In this document: in pieces, positions 47,794-64,000 of the stretch
Layout: every line of letters begins with the position of its first letter
Position numbering within the stretch: the stretch's first letter is position 1
Assembly (NCBI RefSeq): GCF_009914755.1
Contig: NC_060936.1
DNA from: the human T2T-CHM13v2.0 reference genome, Homo sapiens
Length of the DNA: 64,000 nt
Reading direction: 5' to 3' (one strand)
Program-made: the position numbers and the translations under genes
Notes under the pieces: model-generated
Database searches by the model: none
Told to the model about the DNA's origin: nothing
The model's input: the letters and a program-made list of their open reading frames with translations, nothing else

Positions 47794-48094
47794 GGCCGAG
47801 CGCGGTGGCTCATACCTGTAATCCCAGCACTTTGGGAGACCCAGGCGGGCAGATCACCCTAAGGTCAGGAGTTTGAGAGCAGCGTGGCCAACATGGCAAA
47901 ATCCTGTCTCTACTAAAAATATAAAAATTAGCTGGGTGTGGTGGCGCGTGCCTGTAATCCCAGCTACTCGGAAGGCTGAGGCAGGAGAATCACTTTAACG
48001 CAGGAGACAAAGGTTGCAGTGAGCCAAGATTGTGCCATTGTACTTCAGCCTGGGCAACAGAGCAAGACTCCATCTCAAAAAAAAAAAAAAAAAA
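47794..48094 (+). mobile_element. Alu (AluS-like) with TSD aaaaagattttgga
   Basis: Forward Alu; duplicated flank. Confidence 0.93.
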
Positions 48095-48498
48095 GATTTT
48101 GGAAAAGAGTTATTTTTGACAAAGGCATTGGGAAATAAAGAGTAAATGATGGATGATGCTAGTAGTTACCATTTAAAGAATACCTACTAAGTGCCAAACA
48201 CTAAGTTGTAAGTTTATAATCACATTGTAAGCATGTTTTCATTGAAACCAATATAACAATCCTAAGAGATAGATACCATTTTCATTATTTTACTGCTGAG
48301 GAAACTGAACCATGGAGAAGTTAGCTAACTTATCCAAGTTCACATACCTGGTACACAGTAGAAGCCAGATTTGAAGCCAGATATGTCTAATTATATCAAA
48401 ACTTGACCTACCTCTGAAGGATACATAGCTAGAAGGATTTTTTAAAGACGTTATTATGCCTTTGTGTTCATGCTGATTACAAGAGAGAAGAGAGTAAA

Positions 48499-48885
48499 TG
48501 ATGGAATTCAGGACATGCTACCCCAAAATATGGCACGTTGGCATTGGATACAACAACAGAAGCAGGAAGGTCTCTCTGACCTTCTCCTCACCCTTCTTGC
48601 CTGAAGCAAGCTATAAAGAATTTTCTGACCTGCCTCTAAAGTAAGTCATAAAACCTTCATTGCAGAGGTACCCACCCCATAGCTGAAGGAAAAGAATGTC
48701 CTTATCTCTGAAGACAGAGGAACACAAAGAACAACAGGCCTTGTTAATTCCTCCCAGTTTATTACTGTTATTAGATTAGACCCAATTGTCCTCAAATCAA
48801 TTTCTCCATGACTGTCTCCTCTTCATCATACACAGATTTCCTTCTTTTCTGAAGTCTTCATTTTCTTTCTTTCTTTCTTTCTTTC

Positions 48886-48924
<39 letters not shown>

Positions 48925-48948
48925 CTCTCTCTCTCTCTCTCTTTCTTT

Positions 48949-48996
<48 letters not shown>

Positions 48997-49430
48997 TTTG
49001 GAGACAGGATCTCTCTCTCTGTCGCTCAGACTGGAGTGTAGTGGCATGATCATAGCTTACCGTAGCCTCGGACTCATGGGCTCAAGGGATCCTCTTGCCT
49101 CAGACACCTGAGTAGCAGGGACTACACGCGTGTACCACCATGCCCTGCTAAATTTTGTATTTTTTGGTAGAAGCAGGGTCTCACTGTGTTGCCCAGGCTG
49201 GTCTCAAACTCCTGGGTTCAAGCAATCCTCCCACCTACGCCTCCCAAAGTTCTGTGATTACAGGCCTGAGCCACAGAGACCGGCTGAGGTCTTCGTTTCT
49301 GAAGGCTCCCACATTACATAAAACTTACAGTAAATAAATGTGTATGTTTTTCTCTTGCTAGTCTCTGTTATAGGGTTCTCCCCCATTAACCTAGCAGTGG
49401 ATGAAAAAAGAAAATCTCTTCTCCCCTAAG
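48499..49430 (+). mobile_element. ERV1 LTR (MER34/MER39-like) interrupted by an AluJ (-, ~48860-49285)
   Basis: ttcaggacatgctaccccaaaatatggc start; reverse Alu with CT-rich tail inside. Confidence 0.6.
48861..48999. repeat. (CTTT)n/(CT)n compound microsatellite (Alu tail)
   Basis: About 139 bp of pure pyrimidine. Confidence 0.95.
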
Positions 49431-50706
49431 AATATTCCCATAAGAATATCCAATTATAAATAAGACTAACAATAAACTCCTTTTAAAATCTGAGTAGAAA
49501 AGGACCCCATGGTAGCAATGTATGTATGTTGGACTAATTTGTAACTATTCTCCTAAGTGTTGACCTTAATCTTTCTGGTAATGCATTTTAGGATTAGTAT
49601 ACTACAAATGTACTTTTTCTCCAAAATTATACGTCCTGGATACATTTCTTTATGTAGATATGACATACCTTTCTTGCTTCAAATATCAATAACATGTAGT
49701 GTAAGAAGCCTCCAAGAGTGTGGTCTTTTTAAAGCTGGAACTCACATCCTTTATTCTATCTAGTAAGCCATCTCTCAGGTCTCATTCTTGAGAAGAAAAA
49801 AAAAAGCTGACAAAATTTCTACATTTAAATTTATTTTTCCCTTAATGTTTCATATCAAAATGGAAGCCATGTTTTTCATCATTTCATTCAAGACATAAAA
49901 CCTTGTGAAAAACCAAAGTAATGGAGGAAATGAGGAATTGTCGTTTAGTGGATATAGAGTTTTAGTTTTGCAAGATGAAAAAGTTCTGGAGAATGGTTGC
50001 ACAACAGTGTGAAAGTATTTAGCACTCCTAAACTGTGCACTTCAAATGGTTAAGATGGTGAATTTTATGTTATGTGTATTTTGCTACAATTTTAAAACTT
50101 TCCTAATTAAAAAAGAAGTAATGGTGATTTTCTGGCAAAAAAAAAAAAAAAGATACATTCAAAACATGCACTGAATATTATTTTGAAAATTTTTCTTAGT
50201 GAAAAGAGGCACCTTCCTCTTTCCCAGGTAAACATTTCAAGGTTTTGAAATGGAAAAGAACTACCCTTGAGGCTTTGGTTTAGCCTTTTGTTCTCTGCTT
50301 GGGAACCGGGCTTATTTGTTTGTTTATTTAACTGGTTGCTTTATTAGCATAATAAAGCATGACACTGTTCTTCCTTGATTTGAACTGCTTAGAAGTCTTT
50401 AAAAGAATCATTTGCATAATTTATTATTTTTAAATGTGTTCACATTCAGCATTTCCTTTAACAAAGATACACACCTATACCTTTTACAAAGACTGAATAT
50501 TTAGGCAACTTAACAGCTACAAACTTAACTTTTTAATGAATTGAAGCACTTTTCATTCAATAGAGATACAAATTTGGAGACCATCTTTTAGAAATTGGAT
50601 CCAGAAAAATACTCTGAACCAGGGACTGACTTAAATAATTTCCCAACATCAATTAAATGAGATTTTTCCTTTAAAAAAAAAGTTGTTTTGCTTTGTGAGG
50701 TTAAAC

Positions 50707-51025
50707 TTTTTTTTATTTTATTTATTTATTTATTTATTTATTTTGAGACGGAGTCTCGCTCTGTCACCCAGGCTGTAGTGCAGTGGCACAATCTCGGCTC
50801 GCTACAAGCTCTGCCTCCCGAGTTCACACTGTTCTCCTGCCTTAGCCTCCCGAGTAGCCGGGACTACAGGCACCTGCCACCACGCCTGGCTGATGTTTTG
50901 TATTTTTAGTAGAGATGGGGCTTCACCATGTTAGCCAGGATGGTCTTGATCTCTTGACCTCATGATCCACCCACCTCGGCCCCCCAAAGTGCTGGGATTA
51001 CAGGCATGAGCCACCATGCCTGGCC
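50707..51025 (-). mobile_element. AluY-like with TSD gaggttaaactttt
   Basis: Reverse Alu, (TTTA)n tail, duplicated flank. Confidence 0.92.
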
Positions 51026-51499
51026 GAGGTTAAACTTTTAAGCAAAACCCTACAGGAGAGTTATCTGGAACTCTTTACAAAATGAGTGTATTTCTTTGTG
51101 AGAAGAACAGTGTGTGGAGTGCAAGGGTGTGCATTTATTGGTTTACTTCCCCAAGCCCAGTATTTTTGTTTGTTTGTTTGGTTTTGGTTTGGGGGGGGGG
51201 GGGTTAATTATAAAGCATTCTATTATTGTATTTAAATCTTTTCCTTTATTATTATTTTTAAATTGACATCTAATAATTTTATGTTTATAGGGTACAGTGA
51301 TATTTTGATAAATGTGTATAATGTATAATACTCAAATCAGTAATTAGCATATCTGTCACCTCAGACATCATTTCTTTGTGTTGGGAACATTTAATATTCA
51401 CTCTTCTAGCTATTGAAAAATACATAACAAATTGTTGTTAATTATAGTCACCTTATAGTGCTATGGAACATTAGAACTTGTTCCTCCCATCTACCTGTG

Positions 51500-52589
<1,090 letters not shown>

Positions 52590-55060
52590 TATTCATTAAC
52601 CCACCCCTGGCTTTCCCCTTCCCCCTACCCTTCCTGGCCTCTAGTAATCACTATTCTACTCTCTGTTTGTATGAGATCAACCTTTTAAGCTTCCATACAT
52701 GAATGAGAAAGTATGGTATTTATCTCTCTGTGCCTGACTTTTTCACTTAACATATTGTCCTCCCAGCTCATCTGTGTTGCTAAAATGACAGAATTTCATT
52801 CTTTTTTTTTTTAATCACTAAATAGCATTGCATTGTATAGATATTTGCCACATTTATCCATTCGTCTGTTGATGGATACTTAGGTTAGTTCCATATCTTG
52901 GCAGTTGTAAATAGTGCTGCACTAAACATGGGAGTACAGTGATCTCTTTGATTACTGATTTCCTTTCCTTTGGATATATACCTAGTGGTATCATAGCTGG
53001 ATTGTATGATAGTTCTATTTTAGTTTGCTGAAAACCCTCCATGCTGTTTTCTGTAATGGCTGTTCTAATTTACATTGCCACAAACACTGTGTAAGAGTTC
53101 CCTTTTCTCCACATCCTCTCCAGCATTTGTTATTTTTTGTTTTTTGGGGTTTTTAAATAATAGCGATTTTGATTGGTGTGTGATGGTATCTCATGGTTTG
53201 CATTTGCATGCAAATGATTAGTGATGCTCAGCATTTTTTCATGTACCTATTTCAAACTCAGCGTAATTTTGGTTGGGAGGCCGTTAGGCTAAGGCAGCTC
53301 CAATGCCCTGAGTTCCTACATAAACAAACTGAAACCCAACTCTTTGTAAACAGTCATATTCTAGGCCAATCAGAAACCACCAACTAACCCCCTACCTAGG
53401 GGCTTTCCAATACTCAAGTTTAACCGATCAGGAACTGCCTGGCCAACCTCTAACCAGGGACTTTCCACTGGAATGATCCAAAAAACATTACTGCCCCACT
53501 TTAACCAATAAGAGATTTTCTTTACCTTGCTTCTGCTTTCACCTTACAAAAGTCTTCTACCAGTCTCTTCATCAGAACCCCCCACCACTTATGGCCTAAG
53601 GCTGCCTGATTAACGAATTGTTGTCTGCTCAAATAAACTCTTTAAAATTTTAACGTGCCTTTGTTTATCTTTTAACAGCTGTTTAATCTCACTGTGATCA
53701 CAAACCATACATTGTATTGTCTTAATTATTTTACATTTTTGAGACTGTTGTTTTATGGCCCAAAACATGATCCATCTTAGTGAACATAACTTGTGCTCTT
53801 AAAGGAATGGTATTCTTTAATTGTCACATACAGTGTTCTGTAAGTATCAACTGGGTCAGGTGGTTGATAGAGTCTGTCAGATCCTCCCTGTCTTCACTGA
53901 ATTTTTGTAGAGGGAGAGGTCTGTTAATTGCAGAGAAAGAAGCATTCAAATCTCCAACAAAAATCGGAGATTTTTCTGCTTGTCCTTTGAATTATTTCAG
54001 GTTTTACATTGTATTTTGAAGCTCTGGCTGTGTTTGCAGACTCATTTATGATTGTTATATACTCCTGATAAACTGGCCTTCTTACCACTGTGAAACATCC
54101 CTTTTGATTTTCAGAAATATCATTTGTCTTGAAATCTACTTTATCTGTCTTAAATCAGCAAGGGGCACTACAAAGTAACAGTAAAGGTAGATGTAAATAT
54201 TGTTAAACAAGTAATAGGTATTCAATGAATACTTGTTGAATATTGAATTTTAGTATTTTCTGGGTGGCAGATTGCCAGATAATATGGTTTCGTGTGTGTA
54301 TGTACGTGTGTGTGTGTGTGTATGTTTCTTTTTTAATAATCTATTTTCTAAGTCTCAGTGTGGATGAGATGCTGTGGATAAAATAGTACTCACTTCAGGA
54401 AGTTAGTTACCTCCAAGGTTGACTGAGCGTTGGTCCTAGCCTTCTAATAACTAATATTGAAGGAAGAAGCAGCTCATAATGACATAATGAATGAGTAGGC
54501 AATCTACCTTAAATCTTTAGAGAAAAAACTAATGATTGAACATACAATGTCAGGTGTTTTCAATAGAGGGGTAATAGAAGAATTAGAGCAGGTCAGGAAG
54601 GACAGCTTCATAAATACGACACCTTATGACCTTTGGCTACAGTTTTACTGCTTTCCTGATATTTGCTTGAACCAAAGCTCATTCTCTGTATACCAACACA
54701 AGTACAATTCTATTCTGTTCTTTAGCTGTTTAAAACAAAGTGGTTTCTTCATATCACGATTTAAAAAGAGTAGTCTCTTATGTCTCTAAAAGAACCATTG
54801 GGAAAAAAGCAAAAAAGAGTAGTTTTTCTTAATTCTAAAGATCCTCAAGGCAGTGGTGTCTTAACCAGGAAGACAGGAGAGACCCAGGCAGCCTTAGGAA
54901 GCTCACTGTCATCCTCCCTTTTCCTCTTGTTTCTTCATCCCTAGAAGTAAACAAACTAAAAATGGTTTTGACCTTTGAAAAAGAAATAAACACTGAAGTA
55001 ATTGCCTGTGATTCTCTCTACCCAGCCGTCTGCTGAAAGTGTGTCTTGAGAAGAGCTTGA

Positions 55061-55063
55061 GAT

Positions 55064-55106
<43 letters not shown>

Positions 55107-55126
55107 GATAGATAGATAGATAGATC

Positions 55127-55178
<52 letters not shown>
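55061..55178. repeat. Compound (GATA)n tetranucleotide STR
   Basis: GATA arrays interrupted by GAT and GATC units. Confidence 0.96.
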
Positions 55179-55180
<2 letters not shown>

Positions 55181-56368
55181 CTGTCTCTACTCCACAGGTC
55201 GATAATAGCTCACTAACGCATAGCCAGGGAGATGTCAGAGTGGCTTGAGACCTCAAGAAGCTTTTTCTTAAATCCTTAAAACCTAAGAACCTTTTTTTTT
55301 CTTTTCTTATTGTTCAGTTGCCTGTTAATTTTTTGTGGGGAGTAGGGGTTGGAATAGCATGCTACTGCTTAGAGTAGAACAGGGTTAGAATTCTTTGCTG
55401 CCAGGAGTATTATTTCCTTTAAATTTGTGTTTCTGTTGTGTAAACAAAACTATCTGCTTCCTGGAACATAAAGCACATACATAATTTTAGTAGGCACTTA
55501 TGCTGGATTGTGCTTGGTAGTTGGCAGTGAGAGCACTTTTTAGTGTGATGGCATAGCCACATCTCTTGTGGGGACAGGAATATTTTCCTGTTAGAGTGGA
55601 TGGTGACCTCTTCTGCATTCTGCTTTCTTCCCCTTCCCCACAGACTTGTAGAAGCTCTTGACAAACAGAGCAGAGAAACAAACTTAAGTACCAGCATTCT
55701 CACCAGCCCAAATTCCTGAATCTCTGACTGTCCTAAGACATGCCAGTTGTCTGTACCTGTGCAGCCTTTCCTCATAGCAAGGACTGGAACAGAGGAGGAA
55801 CTGGTTACAGTAATCATCATTCCCCTGTGAACAAAGGTCTCACGCAGTCATTTCTCCTCAGTGTGTTTTCGGCTTCACAGAATGACTGTGAGACAATGTT
55901 GATCTGTTTACGTCACTTAGAGCTTTCAGCACATCCTTTTAATGGCCAAACTTACTTTTTTTCTGACAGACTTAGTATTAGGATCAACTATCATTTTTCT
56001 GGCCCTAATGCACAGAGCTATTAAATTCCTCAAGGTTCAGATATGTCTGTTTTTCTGCGTAACATGAATTATCCAAGAAAAATGTAGACACCTACTTAAA
56101 GTAATAGAAAAAGCATTGAATCAGGGTCAGAGACTTCAAAGTAATCCATTAACCTCTTGGTACCTCAGTTTATTCATCTCTGAAATGGAAGTGATGATAA
56201 CTATCCTACTTTTCTTGAGGCACCGATGTAATGAATGTGAAAGTAGTTTGTAAATCCATAATTTGCCATACAATTAATAGCTGTTGTTTACTAACCTGTA
56301 GGTAGCCACCATGTACTTCTATATAGCTTTTGCATAGTATCTGAAGTCTAACACAGGGAGTTTTTAGA

Positions 56369-56695
<327 letters not shown>

Positions 56696-59600
56696 TAGAG
56701 GAATGTCAATAGGAGCAGGGTGTAGTCGTTTACTAATATTGGAAGATACCAGATTTCTGGATTTTTAGGGTTAGTCTCTTTTGTTAAACATTAATATTCT
56801 CTAGAACTCAATTACTTTTGAATAACTTGCAGAAATTCCCAGAATTCTAGGATCTTTGCTCTAGACTATACAGCTTTTGCCAAATTTAGACTACAACTAT
56901 ATTGTACGTTTTGTGGACTACAGTAGTTCGTCTAGTGTGGTATAGTAATGCATACTATTGCAGATTTGAAAGCTCTGTCAACATTATCATATCACTGGAA
57001 TGCTGCTTTTATTTCTTAATTCTACCCCAGGTTGTCTTACCATTCTGTCTTTGTACCTCTAAATTCAATGTGTCGTTCTTTTTTTCTTCATAATTTAGAG
57101 TGGTTTGTGACTGGGCCACATTCCATCTTCCACCTTTTTCGTAAAAACCATTTTTTCTCCATAGAAGTATCAAAACCTTTGGAATTCCTTCAAAACAGCT
57201 GTGTCTGCCCTCCTTCTAGTGGCCCACTAGAACATATATGTCTGGAGAGCTGCAGTGCCTGGGACACTACAGGCAGATATATATACTTTATTCTTAACTA
57301 GAATTTCTCTGATAACTGGACACCAGCCTAGAAGTGTCTCAGACCTGCTTTCATCTGCTCTTTGTGTTCTTAAATCCCAGACAGACCCTTCCAGAACCAG
57401 ATGACCATCAAGACAAAAGCATACTCAAGCAGACAAGAAAGGAGTAGGTCTCACCATATCTCCTAGATTTATAATGTGTGCTCTCTACCTGGCAGACACT
57501 ACACATACTGTGTAAAGCACTGCTGGGGGCCTTCTTTGTGTGAAACCTGGGTGCCTCGATGCCTATCAGAACTTTTACATGAGGAAGTTGGATTGGAGGA
57601 GAGATTTATAGTCAACAGTAACCACTTAACTTGGAAAACAGAAAAGAAAAAGAATCGTCCATAATCCCATCACCCCGATGCAATCTCAGTGAATATCACA
57701 GATCAGCATTACTGTTTCTCTTATGTGCTGTTGTCATAATTGTGATACATGACAGTAGTGCAACTATAAATTTCGTATTTTCTTTTTTTTAATATATTGC
57801 ATCCCACCTGTAAAACTGGCAAGATATATTTTCTTTTGCTTCCCCTACAGGGCGTTTGTATTATTTTGAGGGCCTTTTAACTTGGTGATAAAGAGTGTCT
57901 TTGCCCTAAGACCTAATTTGAATCCAGCGTGGTGGTCGTGTAACTGCCCACAAGTCACGTCACTTCTTCTCTAAGCATCAGGTCCCTCATTTGTTAAATG
58001 GCAATCATAAAACCTATGCCAAAGGTTAAGGTGGGAATTAAATGTAATAATGTAGTCAGTGCACTCAGCCCTTTGCCTGACATATAGGACGTGCTCAATA
58101 AATGGCAGTGAGGGTGACATTGAGGCAGAGACCTCTTAGGCTACATGAGTGCATTGTAAGTAATTTGGGGTAGAACCTTTTACTTAATGTATTTTAAGAC
58201 ATCATTTATAGTGTTTCACAGGTAGATCCTGCTTTTCTGTGGTTTCTGTTGAGTGATTTAAGGTGGCATTTGTCCTGGGACTCACTTGATTTATTTATTA
58301 GACTGAAAATTATATAGCATTTGAAGCATCTCTGGAACATATGCACTCAGATCCGTGGGTTCATATCTTAATGATTATGGGCATTTTACTAATGAGGAAG
58401 AGCTATCTTCCCCTATTTGTGGTATTATTTGTGATTTAGACATTCTTCCTGGACAACAAAGTATCTTTGTACTTTGTACAAAATAAAACTCTTCACGTAT
58501 TACTTGTTTCCCACACAGTCATCTGAAAATGTGGGCACCCGACAGGGCTCAACAAATATTTATTTAAATAAAACGTGGATGAGTTTTACCCTAAAGAAAA
58601 GTTGCATGTATGTTATTTACAGTTTTCTGCAGTGTAGTAGCTATTTTTAATCTTTTGGTTTCTCCCTGCACCCTAATAGGTTATCCTATAATTGGGTTCC
58701 GTTCATGTGTATTAGTGTCCCAGGCTGATCTTAGCTCCAGTAAATACCTAGTGTGCCTTCTAGAATGTTATATCATGAAGTTCGTTACTCACCCCCCTCA
58801 GTTAGCCTACGACTTGACCTTTTTTTAATACCAGTTTTGGAAGACAGGCCTAACACTTGTGTATTCCATCACATCTTGATTTCATAGAGTTACGTTGTGG
58901 AGGATATGGTTCAACTCACATTTTATCTGAAATATTAAACAGCAGACCCTTTACGATAGGACCCCGCAGTACTGCTTTCATTCACTTGTCCTCAGCTCCG
59001 CGCTGATTTGTTCTTCAGGATTACTATCTGTTTTGGGTTAACTGTTTTGCAGTTCTTAGACACAGAACTGCATTATCAACCAAAATAAAAGAGCTATTCT
59101 CCCTGATGTGCCTTCCTTCTTCTTCCTGATCCTAGGATGATGAGGCTAAAGTTTCCAGCTGGATCTGGCTCGGCATTTCTGGGATAAATTAAATGAGCAC
59201 ACTTGATTGAGGGGTAGCTGCACTGTATCCCTGGCTTCCTATTATGCTAGGAGATCAAAGCAGAGCACAAATAGAGGCTTGCTCTATACAATATTCAAAA
59301 CAGATGGCTTTTTTTTGGTGAAAATTCAGGTTTTAAGGCAAAACACTTGTTAGCAAAACTTCATTTCTTTTCATTGATAGATAGTCACTACTGAACACAT
59401 AGCACTGTTTCTTCCTGTATTTCAAGACTAGGATCACAAACTTTTTGCAGGAGGAGGGATTTGGCAAGCCTAGAAAGGTATTAGATTGTCTGTGTCTTCA
59501 TGTGAATATGAAATAAGTTATTAAGATTTTGCTGTTGGTATTCTAGAATCAAATGAAAACATCTTACATTTGGTCACATAATCATTTTGTTGTTGGGTCA

Positions 59601-60139
59601 CTATTTAAAAATCTAGTACTCATATTGTTTTGTCTTCTAAGAATTGAACCAGGATGTTTATCTCTGATTTCATGTTTTAACTGAAAAGTACATTCTCCAC
59701 ACTCCTTTATCATTTACATCTGAATCCTCAAGTTCATGTAGAATAATTCTATGTGATGTGAAACTTTTATTATTTTGGTTTAAAACTGAAATGAGAAATA
59801 AGATTAATTCAAAAATATTTTTGGGACGTCTGCCATGTGCCTAACACTGCATTAGGTACGTGGTAAAAAATACATGTTTCAAGACATTGAAACAACTGCT
59901 AAATGATGGATTTTCTCCAACAGAGAAAAATTATACAAGATGCAATAGAAAAACCCAGGTCTCCAGAGAGATTTAGGGGTTCACAAAGAAGGTGACACTT
60001 GAGCTAACTCTTGAAGGAGCAGTAGGCATTTGCCAGGCAGATACAATTTTAGATAAGGACATTTGCAAAGATATAGAAGCATAAGCAGCATAACAAATTT
60101 AGTATATTCTTGGCAGCTCATTATACATAGTAGTTCGGG

Positions 60140-61030
<891 letters not shown>

Positions 61031-62104
61031 TGAAGACCTCAGCATGCCATTGCAATCTGTAGAGGTTGGACAGGTGGAGAGGGAGGTATACGGGGCAGAG
61101 TACTGGAAACAGGACAGCCAGTTCAGAGCTTGCTACTTTGTCCTGGAGAGTGATGCTGAGGGGCTGAAGGGGTGCAGTGATAGAAGAGTTTATAAGTGAG
61201 AATATGTTTATTATCAAGAAGCTCTGGTTCTTATAGGAAATGTCCCAAATGGTTTCTAGTCTCTCTTGGTTGAGAAAATAGAGAACACCGTCTGAATGCC
61301 CAGTTATAATTCAGAAAGTTAACTTGCCCGTAGGAACTACTCAGGGAAAAGCAATGAAATAAAGCCTGAAAGTTCTATAACCGCTCCGGGGAGAACCACG
61401 AGCTGTGATGCGCTGATGCCGACTGAGAACTTAGCTGCTGGTCATCTTTACAGATCAAGTCACCCCTCAGGATTTTGAATTTTTCATTCAGAAAGTTAGG
61501 CAGGGGACAGGGGCAGATATCTCTAAAATTCCTTCCATCTTTTGTATTCTGTACTCAAAATGAGTACAGGATGCTGTTTTGAACCAATTAGTGTTTTAGA
61601 CTTGTCTAACCTTGAAAACATTGGACCCAATAGAAACATTTAACCTATTCACAGATATTTAATTCAGGTTGTATCAGTATCAAGGAATTTTTAACTGAGC
61701 GTTTTCTGGAGCTGAAACTAAGTTAACTTAGTATCTTGATCAATTTATACATGTAGTTGAAAATGTTCAGATTTTTAAATTATCTTATGGAATCATTTTA
61801 ATTAGTATCACTTTTTCATATTTAAATTGCATAACGATTTTATTTATCAGTTTTTACATAGATTTTACTAATTATCACTTCCTGTAACTGTCAGTTTTCA
61901 TTTTATGCCTATTGCCAAATCCAATTTTCCATTTAGCCAATGTTTTATTTTGTGTTAATATTATTCTTGATACAAGTACTTTTCATTGTGAATGGATTTT
62001 TTAAGATAGTAATTATTATTCCTTTTTACAATAATCTGTTGGAAAATTATAAGAATTTCCTCTTTAATATTATATTTACCCTGTTATCTGAGATTGGTCT
62101 GTTA

Positions 62105-62640
62105 TGGAAATTGGCAAACATTTTTTAATGGTCCAGATAGTAAATAGTGTATAGTTACACTTTTGGTTTTTGTTTGTTTTTGAGACAGGGAGTGCAGTGG
62201 TGCAATCGCAGTTCCCTGCAGCCTCAACCTCCTTCCCAGGCTCAAGCAGTCCTCTTACCTCAGCCTCCTGAGTAACTGGGACTATTGGCATGCACCACCT
62301 TACCCTGCTGACTTTTTAAACTTTTTGTAGAGTTGAGTCTCTGTGTTTTGCCCAGGTTGGTCTCGAACTCCTGAGCTCAAGCAGTCCTCCCACCTCGACC
62401 TCCCAAAGTGCTGGGATAGCATATACTTAGGCTTTGCAAACTGTGTACTTCCTGCCAAAACAATCCACCTCTGCTGTTGTAGTGTGAAAGCAGCCATAGG
62501 CAATATGTGAATGAATGACTGTGGCTATGAACTAACAAACTTTAGACACTGAAATCTCATGTTCATATAAAACCATTTTTAGCTGATGGGCTGTACGAAG
62601 AAGGCGGAGCTGAATTTGGTTCATGGACTGTAGTGCTGTG
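62105..62640. mobile_element. MER58 (hAT) relic interrupted by a truncated AluJ (-, ~62161-62417)
   Basis: ggcaaacattttt...ccagatagtaaata ... ttgtagtgtgaaagcagccatag. Confidence 0.7.
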
Positions 62641-64000
62641 TTGCTTATCTGGTTCTTGTTGTGCTTCTTGTCATTTTACATGCCTTCACTAGCCATCCAC
62701 AGGCCTTGGTGAGGCCAAGCATGTGGTGGCATTAAAATGTCCTCAGGGTGAGGATGTCAGGTAGTTACCAAGGATAACTTGTCTTTACATGTACCGTGAT
62801 CTTCACAAGGATGGGCATAATTATTCCCAGTTTACAGATGACAAAACAGGTTATTGGAAATAATAGTAGTTAATAATTATTGAAGAACTTAACTATGTGG
62901 CAGGCACATAGATTATCACAAACCCATTAATACACTGTTACCAAAGCAACTTGTTCCAGGTCTCCTACCTAGAATGTAACAGACCCTGGAATCAAGCCGT
63001 ACAGTGTGTCTCCAGAGCCCATGCTCTTCACCACTGTATCACTCTGTGTGTAATTCTGCTCTGTGGCACAGAACTATCAATACAGTGCAAAGATGTCATA
63101 GCACATAAGTGATACACATCTGTCTCTAGTGAGCGTAGCCTCTGGGTTAAAAAACAAAAACCAAAAAAAACTTTTTTCACCACAGTCTCTGAAACTGAAT
63201 ACCCAGTCATTAACGTGATGTCACCAGCCAACCGCCTGCATCCTCCTGGCTGTGCGGTGTTTGAATGGCCATAGCCACGGGAGCTACATTGCCTGCCCTG
63301 GTACTAAAGGATGGACTACTGTGTCTGCATCCAGTGTAGTACTGTAAGGTGCTGTGATGCCACAGCAGCCGTTGCCAAAGAAATGTTTAGGTAGATGCAA
63401 TTCTTAGTTAAGATTATAAGATGCAGAGGATCGCCTAAATTAATTTAATTCCAGGCTAATTAAAAAATTTCCTGAGGGAAGTAACTGACGTGAGAGCAGA
63501 TAAGGGCAAGCATGCAGGCACACAGCATGCTTTCCTGGAAGGTATAAGTTGTAATTGCTCCAAGAGATGGCAGAGGTAGGAGTCCTAGTTCAGAGGAGCC
63601 TGGCTCCAGCCAATCAGACATTTCATAGCTCTATGCACGTGTATGTTTTAAGTAGCGTGTTAACCTGATGCTTTCTTCTGGTGTACAGAAATATATGATC
63701 ATTGAGACAGAATGCGCTAATGAAGTCGGGGAGCTGAAAACCTTCACATACATAGAATGTAGAGCACTGAACTCACAGGTTGTCGGAGGCACACACACCT
63801 GCCTTAGAATGGCTTTGCAGTATTCCTTGAAATGCTGCATCTGGGAAATGATGTGTGGATGGTTTGCTAGCTGGAGGCTGGTTTGTTAATTAGAAGTGTA
63901 TCTGACCAATGGCATGAGATCTTATTGCTTAAACGAACAAGATGGCGGAGACTTTACTCCCTTTGAATGGTCCAGCAAAGGCTATTTCCTGTCAGCAGTA

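Noticed and set aside
57381-57447. Purine-rich exon-like segment after tcccAG/acAG
   Set aside because: No convincing donor and no match to ERC1 protein sequence that I recognise.

Overview
Primate (almost certainly human) genomic DNA from the 3' part of ERC1 (ELKS/RAB6IP2/CAST2), transcribed on the + strand. Only three short coding exons are present: 2128-2272 (QEALLAAISEKDANIALL...LKQQ), 38445-38543 (TQNRMKLMADNYEDD...PSPDQ) and the neuron-type alternative exon from 40685 encoding DEEEGIWA-stop, the RIM-PDZ-binding C-terminus of ERC1b. The rest is intron rich in Alu, L1, L2, MIR, MaLR/ERV1 LTRs, DNA-transposon relics and microsatellites. Apart from the ORF overlapping the first exon, the supplied ORF track looks spurious. 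I see no evidence of a new gene-level system. The best leads are (1) a 4x92-bp MIR-derived tandem repeat that duplicates the polypyrimidine region of an ERC1 acceptor, (2) a 98-bp non-Alu inverted repeat pair, (3) a probable L1 3' transduction with 15-bp TSDs inside a MaLR LTR, and (4) the splicing architecture of the IWA exon (distant perfect TACTAAC branch point/QKI motif, long AG-free zone, stop close to a donor). Repeat subfamily names and boundaries were assigned by eye and are approximate.
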